Shown in pieces: positions 11,210-24,562 of a stretch of DNA of 64,000 nucleotides (positions within the stretch are counted from its first letter, which is position 1; every line of letters starts with the position of its first letter). The notes beneath the pieces are model-generated. The model worked only from the letters and a program-made list of their open reading frames with translations, was not told the DNA's origin and searched no databases. The stretch comes from Leucoraja erinacea (Eukaryota). A program made the position numbers and the translations under genes. Where the stretch lies: assembly GCF_028641065.1 (NCBI RefSeq), contig NC_073406.1, forward strand, positions 4,960,001 to 5,024,000, read 5' to 3'.

Positions 11210-11829
11210 GTAATTATTGATGCCCCTGGGTAAGAATTTGTGAGGTTACTGGAACTGCGGCGGAGTTGTAGAGAAGAAATAGCTTCTGACTGTGGCCCTT
11301 GTTCACGGCTTAGTGCTACATGTTCTGGTATTTTGTGGTTCTATTTCAGATTTCTAACAGTGACAATATTTTGCTTAATATGCGAACAATGCATTTCAAA
11401 CATTGATTTTGGTCCGGAAAGGTTCAATGAAAGATTCATTGTTAATTTCATAATGCAAGATTATTTTAGCGTGTTGCAGTAGATTTTTAGTTCCATTCAG
11501 ATTGTGCCTTTGTTTAACAACCTGTAAAACTAGAACCATAAAGTGTGAGGAAAGTGGGAAAATTTTAATGCAAAGCCAGAAATGTAGGTGATTGGTGTCA
11601 GAGGTAGGCATTTTATGACGATTGCAAGGTACCCTTACCACAACTCTCCAAAGGGCATCGGCCTTGTTTGGCTGGTAGTGAAAAGGGCTCTCCCTGTCTG
11701 ATCCCTGTGCACGGCTAGATTCTCAGTGCCACTGCACGCTGTCCTTGAGATGGCTGTGGTACAGATGAGATGGTCATCCACCTCTTTGTGGGGCTGTGTA
11801 TTTTACCAAGCAGTTTTTAATAAAATTGA

Positions 11830-12150
11830 AAGACACAGTATGGAAACCGAATCCACGCTGACCACCGATAACCAGTTGACGCTCGTCCTGTGTTATCCCA
11901 CTTTGCATCCACTCCCTGCACACCATGGGCAATCTGCAGCGCTTCGTTTCTGCAATTTACAGAGGCCCAATTAACCTACAAACCCGCACATCTTTGGGAT
12001 GTGGGAGGAAACCGGAGCACCTAGAGGAAACAAATGCGGTCAAATGGAGAACGTGCAAACTCCACACAGACAGCACCCGTGGTCAAGATGGAACCCGGGT
12101 CTCTGACACTGTGCAGCAGTAGCTCTACCCGCTGCGCCACTGCGCCGCCC
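11830..12150 (-). mobile_element. HE1/V-SINE
   Basis: Full head ggcggcgcagtggcgcagcggg...tagagctactgctg and V-domain. Confidence 0.75.
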
Positions 12151-12362
12151 TTTCAGACACGTGCTGTAAATATTGTAAACGAATGTAATATTATGTCAGG
12201 TACAGTGAATGGAGATGACACCCTATCCCATTTGTATTGCTGTATATTTTATGAACATAGTATGTTTTTGGGGGAAAAGATGCTGTTAATTCAAGATTTA
12301 CTGACTTGCTATAAAATGAGCACTTGCTTTAGTTTTCACCAAATGGTCTTTGTTCCTTCCAG

Positions 12363-12591
12363 CCACTTTCACCTGGACCACTGCGGAGCTCTTCCTTACA
12401 TGAGTGAGATGATTGGTTACGATGGCCCTATTTACATGACACATCCCACTAAAGCCATTTGTCCCATCCTCCTGGAGGATTATAGAAAGATCACTGTTGA
12501 TAAGAAAGGAGAGACCAACTTCTTTACTTCTCAGATGATAAAAGACTGCATGAAGAAAGTTGTGGCCATTCATCTCCATCAGACAGTGCAG
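12363..12591 (+). CDS. INTS11: INTS11 coding exon 4
   Basis: Metallo-beta-lactamase motif [13 protein letters not shown]...HLHQTVQ, 229 nt. Confidence 0.97.
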
Positions 12592-13000
12592 GTAAGTAAG
12601 GCACTGCTTATATTTGGTATTTAAGGAATAGCCGGTGCTGGAAATTTGAAAATGCTGTAAGAACTCAGCAGGCCAGGCAGCACATGTAGAAAGGGAAATA
12701 GAGTCAACAAGATTCTTAATCAGATCAGGGAAAGATCTCATAGTTCAAGATCTTTCCCACCCTAGTCATTCCTCCTTCTCTCCTCTCGCACTGAAACAGT
12801 TCTTAGCTGGATGTGTAGAGAGTTTTTGTTTTAACATTAGCAGTAATAAATGTCTTCTCAACTCTGCTGCCTCTTGATCCTGAGATGAATGATTCACCCT
12901 TACATTCTCTACGCGGTTCCTGTACCATAAACAAAGCTCTTCATTTGTCTGATTTGTCTCAGTTCAAAGATACGTGTCTTATGTTTTTGGAATGATCCAG

Positions 13001-13099
13001 GTTGACGATGAGCTTGAAATAAAGGCGTATTACGCTGGACACGTGCTGGGTGCAGCCATGGTTCAAATCCGGGTGGGCTCGGAGTCTGTGGTGTATACG
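13001..13099 (+). CDS. INTS11: INTS11 coding exon 5
   Basis: [33 protein letters not shown], 99 nt. Confidence 0.96.
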
Positions 13100-14721
13100 G
13101 TGAGTATAAATACTGCACTGTGCTTGCAGAACCACAAGACAGTACCAGCGAGCAGTTGTTTCAAGGGTCAGAATTAATGACTTTCTGAAATTTGATTTTT
13201 ATTATTACTACCACATTATTTTGAATCCTAATCATGACGTTCTCTCGTTGAACAACTGGTATAACATGGCAAGATTCATAATCCCAGCCGCAAAGGATGC
13301 TTGCTTGCTGCAGTATGAACTGAAGAAAGGTCCCGACCCAAAATGTCACCTGTCTATTCTCTCCCCGCACGCTGCCTGACCGGCTGAGTTCCTCCAGCAC
13401 GTTGTGTTTTGCTCAAGATGCCAGCATCTGCAGTTCTGCTTCAGCAAGTTGAGCAGAACGCAAAGTGCTGGGGCAACTCAGCGGGTCAGGCAGCAACTAT
13501 GGAGGGAATGAACAAGCGACGTTTTGGATCGGAACCCTTCTTCAAACAGTGGGATGGAGAAAGCTGGAAAAGAGAGGCGGGGAGGTGATGGGTGGATACA
13601 TTTGAGAGGTTGGATTGGCAGAGTAAATGACAAAGGCTAGAGGTAAATAGGAGACAAAAGGGTGTCAGATAAGGAGAGAAAACAAGTGTGATGTAAAGCC
13701 AGAGAGAGGGATAGCGGAGGGAAGGGAAAGGGGGTGGCGGGGGGGGGGAAAGAAGCAATCAGGGACTCCGAGATGGACGATGAGTACAAGGAGGGGGTAA
13801 GGAGTGACTGGGGTGGGATGGGGTAGGATAGTGGTACTGTGGTAGGAGGAGGGGTTCTGCAGGAAATAACTTTTCAAACTTGATTGAACATCTTTAAGCC
13901 TTGATCCTACAAGTGGCCTCGTTGGATCAACTGGTCAAAGTCAAAGTCAATTTTATTCGCCACATGCACCAGAAGGTGCAGTGAAATGAATTTGCTAGCG
14001 ATACACTTAAAAAGAACACGCAATACACAATAGAATTGAACACAAACATCCACCACAGCATTTTTCACTGTGGTGGAAGGCAACAAAGTTCAGCCAGTCC
14101 CCCTTGAACTGGGGAGTGTGATGTGGTCGTGGGACTCAGGCTGACTTACCCTGTCTGCTGGCAGGGAATGCTAAGTTTGTTTCTATCTCCCACTGACAGC
14201 CTCGTGTGAACGGGTTTTCAATTGGTTTACCTTAAAAGTGCATTTGGAACAGATAGTCCGTCAGTAACTTCAACAAAAAAATATAAAAATTTGCTCGAAT
14301 TGTTTGCAAGTTATAGTGTCATAAAGTCTTACAGCATGGACCTTCAGTCCAACTTGCCCACACCGGCTATCATGCCCCATCTACACTAGTCCCACCTGCC
14401 TGCATTTGGACCATATCCCTCTAAACCTGTCCTATCCATGTACCTGTCCAAATGTTTCTTAAACGTTGTGATAGTACCTGCCCCAACTACCTCCTCCGTC
14501 AGCTTGTTCCATACACCTACCACCCTTTGGGTGTAAAAGTTACCTCTCAGGTTCCTATTAAATCTTCCCCACCCACCTTAAACCTATGTCCTCTAGTGCT
14601 GGATTCCCCTACTTTGGGCAAGAGAATCTGTGCATCTATTCCGCTCATGTCTGTACACTGTTGTGTTTTGATTTTTCTTGTGTTCTCTCTGATGGTGTTT
14701 ATTTGGTTTTAATATCCACAG

Positions 14722-14756
14722 GGTGACTACAACATGACACCCGATCGACACCTGGG
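14722..14756 (+). CDS. INTS11: INTS11 coding exon 6
   Basis: GDYNMTPDRHLG, 35 nt. Confidence 0.93.
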
Positions 14757-15740
14757 GTAGGTCCGCACATTGGCTCACTTTCATTTTAATGCTTCAATTA
14801 TAATTGATAAAACTATTTCCAGTTGTAACGCTCCAGTAAATAACTGTTATAACACAGTGACTCCATTTTGAAACTGAGGAAAACTGAGAGGTGCAACTCC
14901 ACCATAACTACTTTAATTCTCCTGAATTTATTTTTAACTAGTCAGTGGGCTGTGATTGTCACCTCCCTGAGCCAGTAGATTATACCATATTAGTATGTTT
15001 TTTCATAATATAGATTTGTAAGTTGGATTTCCCTCCCCATCATTTTCTGTTCAGACTGTCGCAAGTCAACAAGGTTGGGAGACGTGTGTCAAACTATAAC
15101 AATATTTTCTGCTTTTAAAATGTCTCCATCCTGAGACCCGTGGTGTTTTGGCTGCACCTCAGACAACAGAATTAAGCTTTGTTAAGTCAGTCAGAAGAAG
15201 GGTCTCGACCCGAAACGTCGCCCATCCCTTCTCTCCAGAGATACTGCCTCACCCGCTGAGTTGCTCCAGCATTTTGTGTCTACCTAAGCTTTGTTAATTG
15301 TGGACAAAAAGAACCGCAGATGTTGGAATTTTGACTATAACACGAAGTGCTGGAGTAACTCGAGGGGTCAGGCAGCATCTGTGGAGGGAATAGATAGGCA
15401 ATAATGGACAGACGATAAGCATCGTCTGTCCATTCCCTCGATAGATATTGCCTGACCCGCTGAGTTAATCCAGCACTTTGTATTTTATTTACAGTTTGTA
15501 TACCTTACACAATAGCATTTTTCCAAATGAGAAATGCTATTCTCTGGCATTAATATAATTTTCATATCTAAACTGTAGCTTAAATGTTCTGGGATTTATT
15601 TGGTATCAACCAATATTTAATTGTTTGTTGTGGTTCATACATTCTTTCAACATCACTAAGGTTGATTGAAATGTTTTGGGTGTAAATACTGTGCATCACA
15701 AGCATCAGAACAAGGTCAGGCTGTAGTGTGTTCAATGTTA

Positions 15741-16205
15741 CACAAAAAAGCTGGAGAAACTCAGCGGGTGCAGCAGCATCTATGGAGCGAAGGAAATAGG
15801 CAACGTTTCGGGCCGAAACCCTTCTTCAGACTGATCGGGGGCGGGGGTGGGCGGGGACAAGAAAGGGAAAAGGAGGAGGAGCCCGAAGGCTGGGGGATGG
15901 GAGGAGACAGCAGGGGGGGCTGAGGAAGGGGAGGAGACAGCAAGGACTAACAAAATTGGGAGAATTCGATGTTCATGCCCCCAGGATGCAGACTCCCCAA
16001 ACGGAATATGAGGTGCTGTTCCTCCAATTTCCGGTGCTGCTCGCTGTGGCCATGGAGGAGACCCAGGACAGAGAGGTCGGAGACGGAGTGGGAGGGGGAG
16101 TTGAAGTGCTGAGCCACCGGGAGGTCAGCTTGGTTATTGCGGACCGAGCGGAGGTGTTTGGCGAAACGATCGCCCAACCTCCGCTTGGTCTCACCGATAT
16201 AGATC
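15741..16205 (-). mobile_element. Penelope-like element 3' fragment with 14-bp TSD
   Basis: GET-RRLGDRFAKHLRSVRNNQADLPVAQHFNSPSH...GMNIEF (GIY-YIG). TSD tgtgttcaatgtta at 15727-15740 and 16206-16219. Confidence 0.88.
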
Positions 16206-16865
16206 TGTGTTCAATGTTATTTGTTTAATTGAGGGGGGCCACATGCAGAGCCATGGATAACCACAAGGTGTCTCCCCAGCACAATTATTAACCTTTGGTG
16301 CATGACCTTAAAGTGTTTTACTGCCCTGCCTCCGGAGGCTGGTCCAAATCTGACAGTAGAGTTTACTATAAGTGACTTAGTGCGCCAGCTACTGTAGTAT
16401 TAGTAAATTCCACCCCACCAGATTTAAATATCAAATATATCCTGACCCAGCCAGCTGTTTCCTCGCTAGTTTAGTTTAGTTTAGAGTGCAGCGTTCCCCG
16501 TACACTAACACTGTAGGGACAATTTTTACTGAAGCCAATTAACCTACAATTCTGTACATCTTTGGATTGTGGGGGGAAACCAGAGCACACGGGGAAATCC
16601 ATGTTAATTTATAATACAAATTAAATATTTAAGAGTGATAATGGAAAGATGGAATTGTGGAAATGTGATGAAAGAGCAGGGAAGTGTAATTAATTTTTTC
16701 CCCCCAATGAGCTGACACAGTTACAATGGGCTGTCTCTCTCCCTGTGATGAAATGTTATGTTGTGCGTACGTGAACAGGCGATATTTCTAGCTGATAACA
16801 GTTTTACCTGATACCAGTGGAATGACTTTACATTCTCATATCCTGGTTGCCTTCCCGTGCTGTAG

Positions 16866-17004
16866 AGCTGCCTGGATTGACAAGTGTCGCCCTGATTTAT
16901 TAATCTCCGAGTCCACGTATGCGACCACCATCCGAGACTCGAAGCGGTGCAGAGAGAGAGACTTTCTGAAGAAGGTGCATGATGCCATAGAACGGGGCGG
17001 AAAG
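16866..17004 (+). CDS. INTS11: INTS11 coding exon 7
   Basis: [46 protein letters not shown], 139 nt. Confidence 0.96.
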
Positions 17005-18401
17005 GTACGATGTAAATAATGTACTCGCTGCGGAAATGTTGTTCCTGATTACACCCTCTTTACTAACATTCGCACAAGCTTGCTGACGGCACCTAACCAC
17101 AGAGCACCATTGCCTCAGTCGATGGCGCCAGTAAGCTCCTGAGGCTCTGTGCTTCATTCTGATCACAGCCGTAATGCTGCATCCAATCTGAGTGCTTCAA
17201 GATAAAATAGACTGTGTGGAAATGTACAACAGGGATAGTATCAACCCATAGAATAACACAGTACAGGAACATGTCCTTCTGCCATTAATGCCTGTGCCAA
17301 ATATAATATCAAGATCAACTCTTATCCACCTGCACATAGCCCATATCTCTCCATTCCCCGCATATCCATGTGCCTATCTAGCAATCTCTTAAATACCACT
17401 GTTGTATCTGCCACCACTACCCCAGGCAGCATGTTCCAGGCACCTACTGATCTCTGTGTAAAAAAAAAAACGTGCCCCTCACATCTCCTTTAAACTTCGC
17501 CCCTTGCAACTTAAAGTTAAGCTCTCCAGTATTTGACATTTCCACCCTGGGGAAAAGGTTTCTGACTAACTACCCTATCCATGCCCCTCATCATTTTATA
17601 AACTTCCATCAAGTCTCCCCTCAACCACAGGTGATTGAGAGAAAGCAATCCAAGTCTATCCAACCTCTCCCTGTAGCTAACCCCTCTCCCCTAATCCAGG
17701 TATCAGTCTGGTAAACCTCCTCCGCAGCCATTCCAAAGCCTGCACATGCTTCCTGTATTGGGGCGACCAAAACTGCACGCAATACTACAAATGCGACCTC
17801 CCCAATGTCCTATAAAGTTGCATTGGAACATCAGCTCTTTATTGTCATTCACTGCTTGAAGCGTCAGCTATCAGAGTGATGTTCTGGAGAGCAAGTGGTG
17901 TCCAGGGATTCGTGGTAGATATCAGGCTAGGTGACGGAAGGGACAAGAAGAACCAACAATATTCTTGGTTTACAACCTACCTGCCAGCCTCCCATGGGTT
18001 GAACACAGATAATCACGACAATATGAAGTGGGAGCCCCTTAAATGATCTTTAATTTAAATATTGCACCCTTTATCCCTGTACACTGTGGGTGGCGTTTCA
18101 CTGTACCTCAGTACACGTGACAATCATCAACTAATGTCCCATCTAACCACAGCCCCCTTTCCAGAAGGAATCAGCACCAGGATCTTCCTCCTTCACTTCT
18201 CCTCTCTCCCTCTGGTTTCAAGTTAGCCCATAGCAGCCGGACAAAAGGCTCAGCTCAGTCCAAGAAGTCAACCAGGAACAGTCAGCTTGTGTTACTTCCC
18301 TCAAATAGCGTGCGGGCGACCGGTAATGAATGGTGAATAAAATGGAATCATCGTCTTGCAATAGTTTGTTTAGTATTTTGATGAGCTTTCATTGTTAACA
18401 G

Positions 18402-18466
18402 GTGCTGATTCCCGTCTTTGCCCTTGGACGAGCCCAGGAACTGTGCATCCTGCTGGAAACCTTCTG
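18402..18466 (+). CDS. INTS11: INTS11 coding exon 8
   Basis: VLIPVFALGRAQELCILLETF, 65 nt. Confidence 0.95.
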
Positions 18467-18582
18467 GTAAATGTTGGCCTTTTTGTAAAAGAAACAGTAC
18501 TGTTTAAAAAAATATTGGAAATTTTAAACCAGCCCTTGCCACCCAATTCACTAAAAATCCGTAACAGTGTGGTGCCATGTTT

Positions 18583-18845
18583 ATGGTGGCGCAGCGGTAG
18601 AGTTGCTGCCCCACAGCGCCAGAGACCCGGGTTCGATCCTGACTACGGGTGCTGTCTGTACGGAGTTTGTATGTTCTCCCAGTGACCTACTGGTTTGTGG
18701 GCTAATTGGCTTGGTAAAATTTGTAAGTTGCCCCGAGAGTGTGTAGGATAGTATTAGTGTATGGGGATTGCTGGTTGGCGCGGACTCGGTGGGCCGAATG
18801 GCCTGTTTCCGTACTGCATCTCTAAATTAAACTAAACTAAACTAA
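18583..18845 (+). mobile_element. HE1/V-SINE
   Basis: A-box/B-box tRNA-like head, internal deletion, (TAAAC)n tail. Confidence 0.8.
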
Positions 18846-19219
18846 ATGTGCATCTAACCCGATTGTTACGATTTGTGCTTTCAATTGTTTTGTCAAAGTT
18901 GCTCAGCAATTTGAACACACAAGTGTGATTGGAAACTGAGTCAGTCCCACGTGTCATCACAATATCCTGTAACTTTTGCTACTGCCTTGTTTCTTGATTC
19001 TCTGCTGTGTGGAAAGGGTCAAAGATGTCCCGAATTCAATATTCTGGCTAGGCCTGCACCTATTTTCTACGTTTCTATATGACAGCAAGTTGGAAGAAGG
19101 ATTCCGTCCTGAAATGTCCCCTGTCCTCCACAAATCCATCCCCAGATGCTGCCTGACCGTCTGAGTCCTTCAAGCCCTCTGTGTTTTGCTCAGAATATAA
19201 TTGTTGTTTGTACCCACAG

Positions 19220-19409
19220 GGAGAGGATGAACTTGAAGGCGCCCATTTATTTCTCAACTGGACTGACGGAGAAAGCCAATCATTACTACAAACTGTTCAT
19301 CACATGGACCAACCAAAAAATCAGGAAGACATTTGTGCAGAGAAACATGTTTGAGTTTAAACACATCAAGCCGTTTGATAGGACCTACGCTGACAATCCG
19401 GGACCTATG
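19220..19409 (+). CDS. INTS11: INTS11 coding exon 9
   Basis: [38 protein letters not shown]...DNPGPM (beta-CASP), 190 nt. Confidence 0.96.
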
Positions 19410-19814
19410 GTATGCTGCCGTTAAGTTTTGTTGCATTGTGTACCAAAGTTTCTAGATCCAAAAACATTTTAGTTTTCCCTGCTCCAGTGCTTGTTCTGAA
19501 TGTTTTTAAATGGTTTATGTAATGTTCTGTGAAGAACTGTAGATGTGTGTGTTCACAGGATAATCCAAACACAAATGGCACACAAGGCTCTTCCCAAGGT
19601 GTGAGCAGGTGAGAGGTTTGGGGCAGACTGAGGCGACTTTTCCCAAAACAGGGAAAGGGAGGCCCAGGGTGACAATCCAGATGCTCAAAACTGAAGCATT
19701 TTGGTGAAAAGCAAACAAAAAAAAAAAACTAATTAAGTGACTTTTACTACCCAGCAGTTATCACTTGAGAGCATCACTAGGAAGATTTTGTCCATGCAGC
19801 TCATTACATTAAAT

Positions 19815-20103
19815 AGTTTAGCGAAACAGCGCGGAAACAGGCCCTTCGACCCTAGGAGTCACCGCCGATCAGTGACCTCCACACACCAACACTATCCTAC
19901 ACACTGGGGACAATTTACAATTTTACCAAGTTAATTAACCTACAAGCCTGTACGTCTTTGGAGTGTGGGAGGAAATCGGAGATCCCAGGGAAAACCCACG
20001 CATGTCATGGGGAGAACGTACAAAACCCGTAGAGCCAGCACGTGTAGTCAGGATGGAACTCGGGTCTCTGGTGCCGTAAGGCAGCAACTCTACCGCTGCA
20101 CCA
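19815..20103 (-). mobile_element. HE1/V-SINE
   Basis: Matches the SINE consensus. Confidence 0.78.
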
Positions 20104-21032
20104 TGTCCTTATAGCAGGGTGACCAAAAATGGACATAGTTCTCCAAATAAAGACAGAAAGTGGTGGAGTAACTCGGTGAACCTGGCAGCATCTCTGGAGA
20201 ACATGGTTAAGTGACGTCCTGACCCGAATTGTCAGCTATCTATGTTCCCTGCCTGACCCGCTGAGTTACTCCAGCATATTATTTCTTTTTTTTTTTTGGT
20301 AAGCCAGCATCTGCAGATAGTTGTATCTCCAGGTGCGGCACTAACCAAGGTCTTGTACAACTGAAACATTGTCTGCCCATTCCCACGGCAGATGCTGCCT
20401 GGCCCGCCGAGTTACTCCAGCGCTTGGGAGTTTTGTAGAATGAGCACTTTGTGCGTGAATGCTGGCGAATCCCTCAAGCGTAAAGGGGGCAGCTGTGTCG
20501 GCCGCCAGTCCTTGCCCAGATACCACATACTGTTTTTCAGCAGGGAACACTGAGCCGTATTCATCAGCTTACTTTGGGCTTTTTAGTTTTCCAGCCTGAT
20601 GGCAGTGAAGCTAATTGTGGCGACCCAGCCTCCACTGTAATGAGATTAAGGAATGTGCAATGCATCGGTAATGGGAACCGAATAGTCCCATCATCCTGAG
20701 CTACTCATGGAGTGGACACTACTGGGTTAATCAGTGGGAATTTACCTCTTTTGATGTTGGACAAAATCCTTGAAACTTTGGTTTAAAAACCCCCCAAAAA
20801 AGCTTCCTCAATTTGTACCGCTCACAATTATAGTTCAACATTGATCGGATTCAGTTCCTGGTTGTTTACCCTGTTACCCCCACATCGCACCCCTTACACA
20901 CCCAGGCCAGTCCCTCAGCCCCCGGAAACCTGAGATGAGCCAACATACGGGTTTGTGTTTGTGATGGAGGCTGTTCACCAGCATTTGTGGATGCTTGTGA
21001 TAATTGTTTGAAATGTCCCACAAAGAGTGGCC

Positions 21033-21305
21033 GCTGCCTCACAGCACCGGAGACCTGGGTTCGATCCTGACCTCGGGTGCTGTCGGTGTGTAGCTTGCAC
21101 ATATTCCCTGTGACTGCGTGGGTTCTCTCCGGGTTCTCCCATTTCCTCCCACATCCCAAATGTGTGCGGGTTTATCGATTCCATTGCCCCTAATGAGCAG
21201 GGAGTGGGTGCGAAAGTGGGATAACATATTACTAGTGTGATCGGGTGATCGATGGTCGGTGTGGACTCGGTGGGCTGATGGGCCTATTTGCACGCTGTAT
21301 CTCAA
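21033..21305 (+). mobile_element. HE1/V-SINE
   Basis: Matches the SINE consensus. Confidence 0.75.
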
Positions 21306-21439
21306 AAGAATGTTTAAACTGAAAGAAAGACCTGCTCTGAATTATTATCACCGTACTTTCGCTGCTTCTCCTGTTTTGATTTTCCGAGCTCTGAACCAAT
21401 TACTTTTCTAATTAGGTTTTTGCATTGGGAATTTGAATT

Positions 21440-22146
21440 AAGATTCAATTTAATTCAATTCAATTCAACTTTATTGTCATTGCACAGATACAAGTATGGG
21501 TACAACTAAATGCAGTTTAGGATCGGTTCATAGTAATAGTGCAATATAGAAATAAAAATACAGAATAAGCAAACAATGTGGACGGAGAGACTGGAGAAAT
21601 CTATCGGCGGGACTCCGAGTTCAGCAATGTGATGGTGTTTTTGAAGAAGCTGTTCCTCATCCTACTTGTACGAGACCTGAGGCTCGTGTACCGCCTCCCT
21701 GATGGGAGGAGGGCAAACAGTCCATGGTTAGGGTGGGAGGGGTCCTTGATGATCTTCCCGGCCCGTCTCAGACACCGTTTTCGGTGGAGGGCAACCATGG
21801 CAGGGAGCGGGGCACCGATGATGTACTGAGCGGTTTTCACCACCCGTTGTAGTGCCTTCCTGTCCGCTACGGTGCAGCTGCTGTACCATACCGTGAAGCA
21901 GGTGGTCAGGCTTTCGATGGTACAGCGGTAAAAGTTGGTCAGGATCTGGGGGGACAGGTGAGCTTTCTTGAGCCTCCTCAGGAAGTAAAGGCGCTGCTGT
22001 GCCTTTTTGATCAGTTTGGAGGTATTGAGGGACCAGGACAGATCCTCCGAGATGTGTACCCCGAGGAATTTGTAGTTGGAGACGTGCTCCACCTCAGTCC
22101 CGTTTATATGGATGGGGGTATGTCTGCCCCCTCTGTTCTTCCTGAT
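21440..22146 (-). mobile_element. Rex1/Babar-type LINE 3' fragment
   Basis: ORF 21601-22092 YKFLGVHISEDLSW...KKAQQRLYFLRRLKK...LPSGRRY (RT C-terminus/DUF1891-like), (GAATT)n tail. A short sister fragment lies at about 7570-7692. Confidence 0.8.
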
Positions 22147-22209
22147 GTTAAAGGTTTTGTGTACATGCTAACGTAAGTTGTGATAAAGTCTGGTGTTTGT
22201 TTGTTTCAG

Positions 22210-22293
22210 GTGGTGTTTGCTACCCCAGGCATGCTCCATGCTGGACAGTCCCTGCAGATATTCAGGAAGTGGGCAGGAAACGACAAAAACATG
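22210..22293 (+). CDS. INTS11: INTS11 coding exon 10
   Basis: [28 protein letters not shown], 84 nt. Confidence 0.95.
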
Positions 22294-23357
22294 GTTAGCA
22301 ATCAGATCCACTTACTCAAACACTTCAGTACAAATCCCTTCCTTCCATAGAGTCATACGGCACAGAAACTTCCCCATCGGTCCAACTTGGCCATGTCGAC
22401 CAAGATGTCCCTTCTACGCTTTTCCCCCTCCCTTATCCCTGTAAACCTTTACCATCCACGTACCTCAACAAATATATTTTAAATATTGCGACATTACCTC
22501 CTCGGGCAGCTCGTTCCACATACTTACCGCCCTCTGTATGGAAAAAGTTGCCCCTCGAGTTCTTACCCCTCTCACTTTAAACCTATGTCCTCTGGGTATT
22601 GATTACCCTACTCTGGGTAAAAACCACTGTGCATTCATCCCATCTATTCCCCTCCTGATCTTACACACCTCTGTAACCCCTCAGCCTCCTGCGTTCCAAG
22701 GAACTGCTCAACCTCTCCATATAGCCCAGGCCCTCAAGTCCTGGCAACATCCTCGTAAATCTTCTCTGCACTCTTTCCACCTTAATGACATTGATCCCAT
22801 AAAAAGGGGTGACCAAAACTGAACACAATACTTCAAATGCAGCCTCACCAACACCTTGTACAACTGTAATGTGCAACAATGTGTAAGAAAGAACTGCAGG
22901 TGCTGGTTTACATCGAAGGTAGATACAAAATGCTGGAGTAACTCAGCGGGTGAGGCAGCATCTCCAGAGATGCTGCCTCACCCCCTGAGTTACTCCAACA
23001 TTCCCAATGGGTCTCGACCCGAAACGTTGCCCATTCCTTCTCTCCAGAGATGCTGCCTCACCTGCTGAGTTACTCCAGCATTTTGTGCCTATCCCAACTT
23101 CTATACTGAATAGTCTGCAGAAGGGTCCCGACGCAAAACGTCACCCATCCATGTTCTCCAGAGACGCTGCCCCCCCCGCCCGCTGAGTTCCTCAAGCACT
23201 TCTATACTCAATACTCTGACTCATGAAGCTTTCTTGACCACCCTCTCTATCTGTGACACCACTTTATGTGGGGAAAAAAGGGGAATTAAATCTGAAATCT
23301 CAACGGATTTGTCACCATATTTAGTTTGGATTGTAATCTGCACCCTCGTTGCCGCAG

Positions 23358-23447
23358 GTTATCATGCCTGGATACTGTGTACAAGGAACGGTGGGACACA
23401 AGATTCTGAGCGGACAACGGAAACTTGAAATGGAGGGGAGACAAACG
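23358..23447 (+). CDS. INTS11: INTS11 coding exon 11
   Basis: [30 protein letters not shown], 90 nt. Confidence 0.95.
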
Positions 23448-24046
23448 GTGAGGACTGCTTTGCTTTCATGAACGAGAGTCGTGCTGTTAGTTCTTCTCAC
23501 TGAGGGGAAACTCTTGCCTATCCAACTCATCCCAAAAAGCAGAAGATCTCATCAAATTGGTCCGCACCGCGGCAGACGATAAAACGTGATCGCTCAAATG
23601 GAACTGAGATAAATGATTAGTTTGCGCAGGAACGAACTGCAACTGTTGGTTTACACCGATGATGGACACAAAATGCTGGAGTAACTCAGCGGGTCAGGCA
23701 GCATCTCTGGGGGAAAAGGAATAGGTGACGTTTCGAGTCGGAACCCTTCTTCATACACACTTTTAGTCTGAAGAAGGGTCTCAACCCGATACATCATCTA
23801 TTCCTTTTCTCCAGAGATGCTGCCTGACCTGCTGAGTTACTCCAGCATTTTTGTGTCCGCTTTGTTGTGTTTTATTGCTGTCACGTGTGGTACTGGGTGA
23901 ATTTAATGGGCTAAAGACACTTTGCAACATGTCCTGTAGTCCGCTACCATTCACTTAGTGATTCCAGTAGCATTCCCCCTCTCTGTATTTGTCCACAACT
24001 GGCAGTTGTTTGAGCCGTAATGTTCCCAGATTTTCAGCAGTTGATT

Positions 24047-24562
24047 CTAATTTGAGGAAGGACATTCTTGCTATTGAGGGAGTGCAGCGTAGGTATACAA
24101 GGTTAATTCCCGGGATGGCGGGACTGTCATATGCTGAGAGAATGGAGCAGCTGGGCTTGTACACTCTGGAGTTTAGAAGGATGAGAGGGAATCTCATTGA
24201 AACATATAAGATTGTTAAGGGCTTGGACACACTAGAGGCAGGAAACATGTTCCCGATGTTGGGGGAGTCCAGAACCAGGGGCCACACAGTTTAAGAATAA
24301 GGAGTAAGCCATTTAGAACGGAGATGAGGAAACACTTTTTCTCACAGAGAGTGGTGAGTCTGTGGAATTCTCTGCCTCAGACGGCAGTGGAGGCAATTTT
24401 TCTGGATGCTTTCAAGAGAGAGCTAGATAGGGCTCTTAAAGATAGCGGAGTCAGGGGATATGGGGAGAAGGCAGGAACTGGGATGATCAGCCACGATCAC
24501 ATTGAATGACGGTGCTGGCTCGAAGGGCCGAATGGCCTACTCCGGCACCTATTGTCTATTGT
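24047..24562 (+). mobile_element. CR1/HER1 LINE 3' fragment
   Basis: LRKDILAIEGVQRRYTRLIPGM...FFSQRVVSLWNSLP plus the ggccgaatggcctactcc tail. Confidence 0.88.

Noticed and set aside
18583-18660. tRNA-like sequences (tggcgcagcggtag...ggttcgatcc)
   Set aside because: They are the heads of HE1/V-SINEs and continue into the SINE body in every copy, so they are not tRNA genes.
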